In this document: positions 10,004 through 18,137 of the stretch, piece after piece
Layout of the letters: every line of letters begins with the position of its first letter
Position numbering within the stretch: position 1 is the first letter of the stretch
DNA from: Alkanindiges sp. WGS2144
GTDB lineage: Bacteria > Pseudomonadota > Gammaproteobacteria > Pseudomonadales > Moraxellaceae
Strand: one strand, 5' to 3'
Assembly (NCBI RefSeq): GCF_043950625.1
Contig: NZ_CP171007.1
Length of the DNA stretch: 32,000 nt
The notes under the pieces: generated by a model
Told to the model about the DNA's origin: nothing
Seen by the model: the letters and a program-made list of their open reading frames with translations, nothing else
The model's database searches: none
Position numbers and translations under genes: made by a program

Positions 10004-10185
10004 GGCAATCTCCAGTCAGCACTGGTTTAATTTGCAGGTAGTGTAGTGAAATCAGGGAGCTACACTAGACCTATGGCTCCCAATAGTCCACGAACTTACA
10101 TTTAAGCAACATGCTGTATAGACAATATGCCTACATAGTGCCAATATTGTGATACTAATTTGCGTGTCCTATAGGTGACTCTACT

Positions 10186-10443
10186 ATGTCAAACGCTAGC
10201 ATAAATATCCGAACTGATGCAGAGTTAAAAGCAAAAGCACAGCAAACCTTAGCTGATCTCGGTCTTGATATGACCACAGCCATTAATATATTTCTTAATC
10301 AGGTTGTTTATAGAAATGGTATCCCTTTTGAAATTACCAAACCACCAAAGGTTACAACTAAGCTAGGTGGCTGGGAGGATAAAATCAAGCTGGCTGAGGA
10401 TTTTGATGAGCCGTTAGATGATTTTCAAGAGTATATGAGATAA
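10186..10443 (+). CDS. RelB/DinJ-family antitoxin
   Basis: 85 aa. INIRTDAELKAKAQQTLADLGLDMTTAINIFLNQVVYRNGIPFEI is the canonical RelB/DinJ RHH domain. The acidic tail is LAEDFDEPLDDFQEYM. Its stop overlaps the PIN start by 1 nt (TAATG). Confidence 0.85.
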   Translation: MSNASINIRTDAELKAKAQQTLADLGLDMTTAINIFLNQVVYRNGIPFEITKPPKVTTKLGGWEDKIKLAEDFDEPLDDFQEYMR

Positions 10444-10835
10444 TGCGTTCAGCAGCATATTTGTTAGATACACATGCAGTATTATGGATGGCTAGTCGTC
10501 CTGATAAATTGTCCGAGTTGGCTAAACAAGCCATTCTTGATCATCGTTACGATAAGTATGTTAGTGTTGCTTCAGCTTGGGAAGTGGCTATAAAACTGAG
10601 CCTTGGGAAGCTGGAACTCTCAGGTGGCGTGAAGGAGTTTTTCAGAATTTGTAGTAGCAATGGTCTAGCTATACTTAATATTGAAAAAGCTCATCTCCAA
10701 CTAGTCGAGACGCTTCCTTTTATTCATAGAGATCCATTTGATCGATTACTTATTGCCACGGCTACGAGAGAAAACCTTACTTTAATTAGCGCAGATAGTC
10801 ACGTAAACCAATATGCAGTACCATGTTTATGGTAA
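10443..10835 (+). CDS. vapC: PIN-domain toxin (VapC family), paralogous to 7825..8214
   Basis: 130 aa with YLLDTHAVLW, SAWEVAIK and LPFIHRDPFDRLLIATA...LISAD. These motif blocks match those of the PIN toxin at 7825..8214. Confidence 0.85.
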   Translation: MRSAAYLLDTHAVLWMASRPDKLSELAKQAILDHRYDKYVSVASAWEVAIKLSLGKLELSGGVKEFFRICSSNGLAILNIEKAHLQLVETLPFIHRDPFDRLLIATATRENLTLISADSHVNQYAVPCLW

Positions 10836-10875
10836 TTTTTGGTGGTTTATAAGGATCAAACGCGATATTGCCAGT

Positions 10876-11121
10876 TTAATACATATATATCACAGGGAAA
10901 ATAATCACTAGATGTAACAGCCCAACTAAAACGGATACCTTTAATGAAGGGGTATTACACAGCGCCCAGCAGATTTTATTCACCCGTTTCGGGAGGTTAA
11001 TAGCCGTACCCAGCGCTTGCTCATGAGCCAGCTTACCTTGAATAATCACATTGAAATCAACTGGCTCACCGTGAGTCATGATGCCATGCGTGCAGCTTCT
11101 ATTGCGGGAGAGCAAGGTCAA
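10876..11121 (-). CDS. hypothetical small protein with hydrophobic C-terminus (TTG start in track; may be shorter or a remnant)
   Basis: I recognise no family for this ORF. Its C-terminal third (KICWALCNTPSLKVSVLVGLLHLVIIFPVIYMY) is the repeat copy B2 (core 10913-10979). There is no clear RBS. Confidence 0.35.
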   Translation of the reverse strand: MTLLSRNRSCTHGIMTHGEPVDFNVIIQGKLAHEQALGTAINLPKRVNKICWALCNTPSLKVSVLVGLLHLVIIFPVIYMY

Positions 11122-11475
11122 TATCGGCTAATGCAGCGCCTGTTTTTGTTTAATTATTGCTTAGCCGTTGCTTGATTCGGATTATATTTAAAGGGAAGTT
11201 GAGGCTTAGCCTAAATAAGCAACATCGCCAGTATGTCCATACTGATATGCTGGTTAAAACAGTATTAGTCCAATTTGACTGTTTCGATACAAGTGCTGGC
11301 TACACTAAGATGAAATATTCTAAACGATTAATTCAAATTTTTTAATCAATATATGACAAAATACGTCACTTTTTTCATTTATAGGTCATTGTATTTTTTT
11401 GGAAAAGTGTGATAGCTTCATCAACTTTGCCTAATTTAGCGAATTTTTAATGCGGTACAAAACTTGTACTTGCCT

Positions 11476-11491
11476 TGGCATAACAAATGCA
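11476..11491 (+). promoter_or_regulatory. sigma-54 (-24/-12) promoter of pilA
   Basis: TGGCAT-aacaa-ATGCA compared with the consensus TGGCAC-N5-TTGCW. It ends 70 nt upstream of the ATG. A 6-bp-arm palindrome gtacaa-aac-ttgtac (11455-11469) lies just upstream. Confidence 0.75.
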
Positions 11492-11561
11492 ATATAAAAA
11501 GCGTGTGCAAAAAGGTTGGCGTTGACAACCGACAATAGAGTTTATTTCTTGGGAGAATTTT

Positions 11562-11975
11562 ATGAACGCACAAAAAGGTTTTACATTAATTGAGTTGATG
11601 ATCGTTGTTGCGATCATTGGTATTTTGGCTGCAATTGCGATTCCTGCTTATCAGAACTATACCAAACGTTCTCATGTTTCTGAAGGCTTGAGCTTAGCTG
11701 GCGGTGCAAAAGCTGCTGTAACAGAAGCTTTTTCTTCTAGAGGAGAATGGCCAACTAATAACGCAGCGGCTGGCTTACCTGCAGCGGCAAGTATCAAAGG
11801 TAACGCAGTTCGCAGTGTCACGGTAGGCGGTAGTACTATTACCATTGTTTATAATACCAAAGTTGCAGCTGGTGCTGACTTAGTTCTACAAGGCGCCTCT
11901 ACTTCAGGTGGCGTAACTTGGACTTGTACTGGTGGCTCTTTGAAATCTGAGTTACGTCCAGCTAACTGTCGTTGA
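11562..11975 (+). CDS. pilA: type IVa major pilin (prepilin, 6-aa leader)
   Basis: MNAQKG|[27 protein letters not shown] is the class III signal with G-1, F+1 and E+5. There is a C-terminal disulfide loop (C122...C136). Strong RBS (gggagaatttt ATG). The protein ends ...PANCR, so it has no C-terminal Ser. Confidence 0.93.
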   Translation: MNAQKGFTLIELMIVVAIIGILAAIAIPAYQNYTKRSHVSEGLSLAGGAKAAVTEAFSSRGEWPTNNAAAGLPAAASIKGNAVRSVTVGGSTITIVYNTKVAAGADLVLQGASTSGGVTWTCTGGSLKSELRPANCR

Positions 11976-11988
11976 TAGCTATATTTGA

Positions 11989-12017
11989 AAAAGCATCTAT
12001 TGATTAGATGCTTTTTT
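11989..12017 (+). terminator. intrinsic terminator after pilA
   Basis: aaaagcatcta (11989-11999) pairs with tagatgctttt (12005-12015) around a 5-nt loop. The T-run is 12012-12017. Confidence 0.8.
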
Positions 12018-12036
12018 ATTTTATGAGTATAATATA

Positions 12037-13968
12037 TTGAAGAAGGTTATTCCTTATATCTTGCTGTATTTTAGCTTAGCTATTACAGTGCTTATTTATC
12101 AGCAAGGTCTGCATGGGAATTATATTTTTGATGATGTAGCAAATATATTAGAAAATAAAAAACTATCCATTAATTCTCTGGACTGGCTTAGCCTACAGGC
12201 AGCTTGGGATTCGGGTGACGCAGGACCTTTAGGCCGCCCCATCAGTATGTTGTCTTTTGCTTTAAATCATTATTTTTCTGGTTTTGATCCTTATTACTTT
12301 AAACTTACTAATTTAATTATTCATTTATTTAACGGATTATTGGTTTTTTTAATTAGTTCAAAAATACTCCAATGGCTAAGTAAACGCTATCAGAAAGTTA
12401 GCTTGCACAGTGCGCCATGCTTGGCTGTATTAGTAAGCACTGTATGGCTGGTGCATCCACTCAACCTAACTAGCATACTCTATGTTGTACAACGTATGAC
12501 TAGTCTTTCGGCATTATTTGGTTTGCTAGCGGTATTAATTTACTGTACATGGCGCATGCGCACAGTAACCTGGTTAAGTACAGGAGTTGCTACTTTCGGA
12601 CTAGGCTTAGCTTTGTTAGCGTCTATTTACAGCAAAGAATCTGGTATTTTATTTATTTTACTAATTTACTGGATAGAGCTTATTTTATTCCAAGCCAAGA
12701 ATAATAGTTTTCAATCAATTTATATTAAGCAAATTAAGTTAATTTATTTATTATGGGGACTCGTGGTAGTTAGTTTTTTAGTATTTTTATATTTGCTCCC
12801 ACCATACCTGAATCCCGCCAATTTTGCCCGTCGTGAATTTTCTTTAGATGAACGATTACTCACTGAGGCCAGAGTAATCTTCTTTTATTTGAAAATGTTT
12901 TTTTATCCGCTGCTTTCAGATTTAAGCTTATATCATGATGATTTTCCAATCTCAAAATCAATTACACAACCTATCACCACACTATATTCCTTAGTTGGCT
13001 TAGTAGGTATTAGTGCTGTCTGCATCGCTTTAATCAAAAAACATCCAATGTTGCTTTTTGCATGGGGCTGGTATGTAATTAGCCAGTTATTAGAATCAAC
13101 ATTTATTAGTCTGGAACTTATACACGAACATCGCAACTATTTTGGCACTACTGGCTTTGTCATTACTGCTATTTATTACCTAGCGCAAATTAAAAACGAA
13201 AAAATACAGCCTTTTATTTACCTGCTTGGTGGGCTTTATGTGGCGAATTTAGCATTAACGACTTGGCAACGTGCAGAGGTTTGGTCTAATTTGGTAGATC
13301 ATGCTGCTTATGAGGCAACTATGCATCCTAAATCTGACCGCGCTAATTATCAGCTTGCGCGTATTTATATGAACCTAATGCAGCTTCATCCTGAACAACA
13401 GGCCTACTATGCTGATTTAGCAAGAAAAGCATTGATACAATCCAAACACAGCTATATGCCAGCTAATGGTGCATGGTTTGCTGAATTACATTTTAATTCT
13501 TATTTGAATCAACTCCCAGCACAACAAACCATTGATGAGTTGATATGGCGATTAAAACATGAACCCTTTCAAAATAATAATATAAGTTTTTTAAGTGCAT
13601 TCGCTAACTGTCAAATAAGAGGCTCTTGTAAAGTGCCGCATGACCAAGCAGTGCTTATCATTGCAGCAGGTTTGGATAATTTAGGCGTGGGGAATGATCT
13701 CAAGTCGGAGATTTATAAGCTATTAACGCAATACTATATAGGCGTTATTTCAGACTTTGAAAAGGGCGAGGAGTTTATGCAGCATGCAGTGGCTTTGCAT
13801 GAAGATGTAAATGGGCGGCTTTTATTTGCCCAGGTTTATCGTCTGCAGGGTAAGTATGGTCAGGCCAATGCCCAATTACAGCGTGCCAAGCAATTGGATA
13901 AACGCCAAATCTGGTATAAGGAAATAGCAATTGAGCAAAGAAATTTGCGACAAGCAGAAGCCAAATGA
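12037..13968 (+). CDS. polytopic GT-C-like glycosyltransferase with C-terminal TPR domain (TfpW / PMT / TMTC-like); candidate pilin glycosyltransferase
   Basis: 643 aa with a TTG start. The first ~400 aa contain many hydrophobic segments. YIFDD (D32-D33) follows TM1, where GT-C enzymes carry their acidic motif. LYVVQRMTSLSALFGLLAVLIY resembles the DUF1736/TMTC segment. The soluble C-terminal ~220 aa has TPR-like repeats (ANYQLARIYMNLMQ..., LLFAQVYRLQGKYGQANAQLQRAKQLD). The gene lies directly downstream of pilA. Confidence 0.65.
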   Translation: MKKVIPYILLYFSLAITVLIYQQGLHGNYIFDDVANILENKKLSINSLDWLSLQAAWDSGDAGPLGRPISMLSFALNHYFSGFDPYYFKLTNLIIHLFNGLLVFLISSKILQWLSKRYQKVSLHSAPCLAVLVSTVWLVHPLNLTSILYVVQRMTSLSALFGLLAVLIYCTWRMRTVTWLSTGVATFGLGLALLASIYSKESGILFILLIYWIELILFQAKNNSFQSIYIKQIKLIYLLWGLVVVSFLVFLYLLPPYLNPANFARREFSLDERLLTEARVIFFYLKMFFYPLLSDLSLYHDDFPISKSITQPITTLYSLVGLVGISAVCIALIKKHPMLLFAWGWYVISQLLESTFISLELIHEHRNYFGTTGFVITAIYYLAQIKNEKIQPFIYLLGGLYVANLALTTWQRAEVWSNLVDHAAYEATMHPKSDRANYQLARIYMNLMQLHPEQQAYYADLARKALIQSKHSYMPANGAWFAELHFNSYLNQLPAQQTIDELIWRLKHEPFQNNNISFLSAFANCQIRGSCKVPHDQAVLIIAAGLDNLGVGNDLKSEIYKLLTQYYIGVISDFEKGEEFMQHAVALHEDVNGRLLFAQVYRLQGKYGQANAQLQRAKQLDKRQIWYKEIAIEQRNLRQAEAK

Positions 13969-14064
13969 TACAACAGTTATTAAGCTACTACCTGCTACAT
14001 GACTGCTAAACGGACAACAAGCTTATGCTAGAATGTTAAAGCCAGCCGTCTAAAGGATAAAGTA

Positions 14065-14916
14065 TTGAAACTAAGCATTGTGCTGCCTGCCAAAAATGAA
14101 TCGGAAGCAATTGAAACAACTATTCAGGATATTGTTAAGCTAGCAATTGCCCATGAAATCATCGTGGTCAATGATGGTTCAACCGACAGCACTGCCGAAA
14201 TCGCTCGTCAGGCAGGCGCAAAAGTACTCAACCACCCCTACTCTAAGGGGAACGGTGCAGCCATTAAATCAGGGGCACGCGCTGCAACTGGTGATGTGAT
14301 CGTTTTTATGGATGCCGATGGACAACACGATCCACAAGATGTTCCAAGATTATTAGAAAAAATAAATCAAGGCTACGATTTAGTAGTGGGCGCACGGCAA
14401 AAAGGCTCTCAAGCCAGTCTTGGGCGTGGGGTAGCTAATAAGCTATATAACAACCTAGCCACTTATATGACTGAGCATCAAGTAGAAGATTTAACCTCAG
14501 GGTTTAGAGCAGTACGGGCAGATGAGTTTAGAGAGTTTTTGTACCTATTGCCTAATGGGTTTTCCTACCCCACTACGAGTACTATGGCCTTTTTTCGGGC
14601 TGGCTACTCGGTGACTTATGTACCTATTCATGCAGCTAAGCGTATTGGTAAAAGTCATATTAACCCAATAAAAGATGGGGTACGCTTTTTTTTAATCATT
14701 TTTAAAATTGCTACATTGTTTTCACCGCTCAAAATGTTTTTACCTATTGCTGTAGTGCTCTTCTTGATGGCAACAGGGTGGTATGGCTATACCCTGTGGG
14801 ATGCTGGACGGTTTACCAATATGAGTGCGTTACTATATACAGGCAGTGTAATGATTTTTTTAATGGGATTAATTTCAGAGCAGATCACAGCGTTGATGTA
14901 TAAAGATAGTCAATAA
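14065..14916 (+). CDS. GT2 polyprenyl-phosphate glycosyltransferase (GtrB/ArnC/DPM1-like)
   Basis: 283 aa, TTG start preceded by aaggat. LSIVLPAKNE...IIVVNDGSTDSTAEIA...KGNGAAIKSG...VFMDADGQHD carries the DxD motif. Two C-terminal TM helices (FFLIIFKIATLF...PIAVVLFLMATGWYGY; ALLYTGSVMIFLMGLISEQI) complete the architecture of lipid-phosphate sugar transferases. Confidence 0.85.
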   Translation: MKLSIVLPAKNESEAIETTIQDIVKLAIAHEIIVVNDGSTDSTAEIARQAGAKVLNHPYSKGNGAAIKSGARAATGDVIVFMDADGQHDPQDVPRLLEKINQGYDLVVGARQKGSQASLGRGVANKLYNNLATYMTEHQVEDLTSGFRAVRADEFREFLYLLPNGFSYPTTSTMAFFRAGYSVTYVPIHAAKRIGKSHINPIKDGVRFFLIIFKIATLFSPLKMFLPIAVVLFLMATGWYGYTLWDAGRFTNMSALLYTGSVMIFLMGLISEQITALMYKDSQ

Positions 14917-14925
14917 GATATTTTA

Positions 14926-16149
14926 ATGGGTCCTATCACAAAATCCACCTTACGTACCAGTTCAGTATTAAGTTTACGTTTGTTAGTTCAAGCGGGAACA
15001 TTATTACTCGTTGCTCGTATGCTTGGGCCAGACCAATTTGCAGCTTTTGCAGGGATTGCAGCCCTAGCTGTCTTATTAGGTACCTTTTCAACCTTCGGTA
15101 CACATCTAGTTTTACTGGCGGAGGTTGCTAAAGATAAAGTACAACGTCAGCAAGTGCTGCGTTATGCTGTGCCTACCACACTCATTACAGGTAGCCTATT
15201 ATTTCTTACTTATATCGCTGTATGCATATTATTTTTTAAAAATATTGAGTTACCCCTATCGGTCATACTCTGCATTGGTTTTACAGAAACTGTTTTATTC
15301 CCCTTATTTTTAATACCTGCCGTTGAGGAATTAGCATTAGAAAAAACCGCACGCTCGCAACTTTTAATGATTTTTCCTTTAGCCTTGCGCACTCTAGCAG
15401 CAGGTGTAGTGATGCTACTTGCTGTAAGCCAGCCATTGGTCATTTTTGCCTGGCTATACCTCGTTAGTGCTGTGTTAGCGTTACTGTGCATGAAATGGTA
15501 TAAGCCAAACGCCTGGCTTAGCCCTAGTGAGTGGCAACTAGCGAATAAGCAGGAATTAAAATACAATGCAGGTTATGCAACGCTAGCATTGACTGCCGCT
15601 GGTCCGAGCGAGCTTGATAAGATGTTGGCTGCAAAACTATTGCCACTAGAGATAGGTGGGTTATATATTGCAGCGTCAAGAGTTATTGGTGCAGCGACTT
15701 TACCTGTGACAGCATTATTACTTGCTGCAATGCCTCGGTTATTTCGTGGTCATGCCGAAACTCAAGCGCAATCCCAACGCTTGAATCGCTGGATATTAGG
15801 CTCTGTTTTGATTTATGGGATTATTTTAGCTGGGCTGTTATGGCTATTTGCACCATGGGTAGAGTGGCTGTTTGGGCAAAAATACCATGGCATAGCGGAA
15901 ATATTGCAATGGCTATGTTGGGTTATACCTGCATTGGCACTTCGGATTAGTCTAGCGAGTATGTTGATGACTAAGGAGAAGCCTTGGCTACGGGCTGGCA
16001 TTGAAGTTTTTGGAATGTCGGCTCTTGTGATTGGAGCTACTATTCTTTATCCTCTGTTAGGGATAGCGGGAATGGTATTAGCATTGGCCATTTCAGAGTG
16101 GGGGATGGCTATTGTTGGTTGTTTTTTTGCTTTGTATAGATCTACTTAA
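14926..16149 (+). CDS. Wzx/MOP-superfamily flippase-like membrane protein
   Basis: 407 aa and almost entirely hydrophobic. The N-terminus LSLRLLVQAGTLLLVARMLGPDQFAAFAGIAAL matches the Polysacc_synt/Wzx pattern (l..l..i.lar.Lgp..fG.f). There is no large periplasmic loop of the kind seen in Wzy or ligases. Confidence 0.7.
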   Translation: MGPITKSTLRTSSVLSLRLLVQAGTLLLVARMLGPDQFAAFAGIAALAVLLGTFSTFGTHLVLLAEVAKDKVQRQQVLRYAVPTTLITGSLLFLTYIAVCILFFKNIELPLSVILCIGFTETVLFPLFLIPAVEELALEKTARSQLLMIFPLALRTLAAGVVMLLAVSQPLVIFAWLYLVSAVLALLCMKWYKPNAWLSPSEWQLANKQELKYNAGYATLALTAAGPSELDKMLAAKLLPLEIGGLYIAASRVIGAATLPVTALLLAAMPRLFRGHAETQAQSQRLNRWILGSVLIYGIILAGLLWLFAPWVEWLFGQKYHGIAEILQWLCWVIPALALRISLASMLMTKEKPWLRAGIEVFGMSALVIGATILYPLLGIAGMVLALAISEWGMAIVGCFFALYRST

Positions 16150-16164
16150 GGATATATATTCATA

Positions 16165-17007
16165 ATGGGCATAGATGTTCATGCATTGCAGCTACTTCAA
16201 TATAATAAACAATATAATAAGGGGTTAGGCAAAACGCTTACACTGGGCAGATTAGCTATACTATTGGGTTCCAGATTAGCAAAGAAATGGGCAGGAACAG
16301 ACCAAGGCGCGTGGTGCGAGGATTTATTGATTAAAAATTTTAATGCAGAGCAAGTAGATTCTATCGATAATTCAGGCTACGAGGACGCAAGTATTATATA
16401 TGACTACAATTGCCCAGTACCTAATGTACTTAAGAATCAATATGATACTGTATTAGATTTTGGCTGCTCAGAACATATATTTGACGTTGCACAAGCCTTT
16501 AAAAATACGATTAGTGTATGCAAAGTAGGTGGGATTATATTGCATATACTGCCTACTGATGGTTTTTGTGGACACGGATTTTATCAGTTTACCCCTGAAT
16601 TTTTCTTTTCTCTTTACTCCCAGGAGAATGGCTTTAAAAATACGGAAGTTTTTCTTTCTGATTTATACAATCCAAAAAAATGGTATAAAGTAAACAGACC
16701 AAATAATGGACAACGTATTAATATTAGAACAACCAATGAAACATATGTAATCGTTAGAACTGAAAAGAACAGTGATAAAGAAATATTTTTACAGCAATCT
16801 GACTATACTCATTTGTGGAATGAAGGAAATAGTAAAACTGCCAAGCCCTATAAGATAGGTAAAATTACTCGAATTCGAGAAGCTCTAAGTTTCTCATCAT
16901 TTATGGTAAAACTATTTATGTTACTAGTTGCACGCATGCCTTCAAATGGAACAAAAAAACTCAGTCAACATAAATCATTAAGCCTATTTAAGCCACCTTC
17001 GATATGA
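16165..17007 (+). CDS. class I methyltransferase-fold protein with an atypical motif I (function uncertain)
   Basis: 280 aa with an aagga RBS. YDTVLDFGCSEHIFDVAQAFKNTISVCKVGGIILHILP matches the fD.V.....lEHv.d.......i...LkpGG.l motif of Methyltransf_11/23-type enzymes. VDSIDNS fits motif II. The Gly-rich SAM loop is not evident (GKTLTLGRLAI). Confidence 0.45.
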   Translation: MGIDVHALQLLQYNKQYNKGLGKTLTLGRLAILLGSRLAKKWAGTDQGAWCEDLLIKNFNAEQVDSIDNSGYEDASIIYDYNCPVPNVLKNQYDTVLDFGCSEHIFDVAQAFKNTISVCKVGGIILHILPTDGFCGHGFYQFTPEFFFSLYSQENGFKNTEVFLSDLYNPKKWYKVNRPNNGQRINIRTTNETYVIVRTEKNSDKEIFLQQSDYTHLWNEGNSKTAKPYKIGKITRIREALSFSSFMVKLFMLLVARMPSNGTKKLSQHKSLSLFKPPSI

Positions 17008-17036
17008 TATCGCTTTAAAGCCTAATGGGTGTTAGG

Positions 17037-18137
17037 TTAAGTACATTTGTTAGCTGTTAAAATCACTTCCCAAGCGTCAGCAGCCTTTCCTACAGTAAAA
17101 GCTTTAGCACGCTGTAATAATTCTTGCGAAGATACAAGGCTTTTGTCTATCAATCCCTGAGAGATACCATTTGCTAAAGCTAGAGGATCTTCATTCCCAA
17201 CCAAAATACCCCAGCGACCATCTTCTAAAATTTCCCTAGGACCATGCGGGCAATTTGTTGCAATAATTTGGCAACCGCTTGCCAATGCTTCAACCAATAC
17301 TAAACCAAACCCCTCAAAACGAGAAGATAATATAAATAAATCAGCCTGCCTCAGAACGTCTAACGGCGTATCTGTGTGGCCCCGTAAGGAGATACGCTGC
17401 TGCAAGTCATATTTATCAATCAAATTTTGCAGAGCTTGCTTATCTTCACCATTGCCCCAGATATCTAGGTGCCAAGGTTGAGGAACTTTAGTCATTGCTT
17501 CTATAAGGATATCAAAACCTTTTTGGCGAGTTAATCGTCCAAGTGCAACAATGTTAGGTATTCTATTATTTGATATCTCTTTCGGCGCTTTGGGAATAAG
17601 CTGTGTATCATCTAAAACAGGGTTATAAATGGTAATAACTTTATTTTGAACTACTTTAAATTTATCTAGTATATCCTGTCGCACACCATTAGAAACAGCC
17701 ACAACGGCATCACATTTTTTATATACAATAGATGCAAATATTTTATCTAGCTGAAATCGCAATCGCCCTATTATATTTGGCTCGGCAGTAATTAAATCAT
17801 GTGTAGCATGTACACCGTGTGCCCAAAAAACTTTTTTACCTGAACGGTTTATGGCTAGGTGAGTTAAAAAGCCAATATCAGCAAATGCAGTGATAATATG
17901 GGTAGGCCGCCATATTTGTATTAGTTTGGAAAGATTAGGAACGAACTGATGCAGACCACCAGCAGCGATTTCATATATAGGACATAAGTCTTGAGCTTCT
18001 TGTAGAAACTCACCATAGGCTCGACGTAGAGCAAAAGCACATTCATGACCACGTCGCTGCAATTCGGCGACCAAACGCAGCGTCACACGCTCAACGCCCC
18101 CAGTAACCATACGCGGTAGAACAAATAGGATTTTCAT
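17037..18137 (-). CDS. GT4-family (GT-B) glycosyltransferase
   Basis: 366 aa. MKILFVLPRMVTGGVERV is a GT4 N-terminal motif. LGRLTRQKGFDILIEA and SRFEGFGLVLVEALASGCQIIATNCPHGPREIL carry the EX7E region. The start overlaps the upstream gene by 4 nt. Confidence 0.85.
   Translation of the reverse strand: MKILFVLPRMVTGGVERVTLRLVAELQRRGHECAFALRRAYGEFLQEAQDLCPIYEIAAGGLHQFVPNLSKLIQIWRPTHIITAFADIGFLTHLAINRSGKKVFWAHGVHATHDLITAEPNIIGRLRFQLDKIFASIVYKKCDAVVAVSNGVRQDILDKFKVVQNKVITIYNPVLDDTQLIPKAPKEISNNRIPNIVALGRLTRQKGFDILIEAMTKVPQPWHLDIWGNGEDKQALQNLIDKYDLQQRISLRGHTDTPLDVLRQADLFILSSRFEGFGLVLVEALASGCQIIATNCPHGPREILEDGRWGILVGNEDPLALANGISQGLIDKSLVSSQELLQRAKAFTVGKAADAWEVILTANKCT

Noticed and set aside
7786-11121. 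An integron-like cassette array or a transposon carrying the TA modules.
   Set aside because: The window has no intI, no recognisable attC-type imperfect palindromes at module boundaries, and no transposase or terminal inverted repeats. The only boundary structures seen are the two gene-3'-end duplications reported as findings.
11157-11345. 62-aa ORF upstream of pilA, considered as a possible small regulator.
   Set aside because: It has a TTG start, no RBS and a basic low-complexity sequence with no recognisable fold, in AT-rich intergenic DNA. Probably non-coding promoter or enhancer DNA for pilA.
12037-16149. A TfpO/PilO or PglL-type O-oligosaccharyltransferase (Wzy_C domain) or a Wzy polymerase downstream of pilA.
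   Set aside because: The 643-aa protein has a GT-C-like Asp-Asp after TM1 and a TPR tail rather than a Wzy_C-type large periplasmic loop. The 407-aa protein's N-terminus matches the Wzx/MOP pattern. Neither pilin ends in Ser. I therefore did not call an en-bloc OTase, though only a profile search can settle it.
17019-17038. Hairpin agcctaa-tgggtg-ttaggtt at the convergence point of the two island operons, considered as a bidirectional terminator.
   Set aside because: The stem has only 7 bp including a G.U pair, has no flanking T/A runs, and overlaps the stop codon of the GT4 gene. It is too weak to call.
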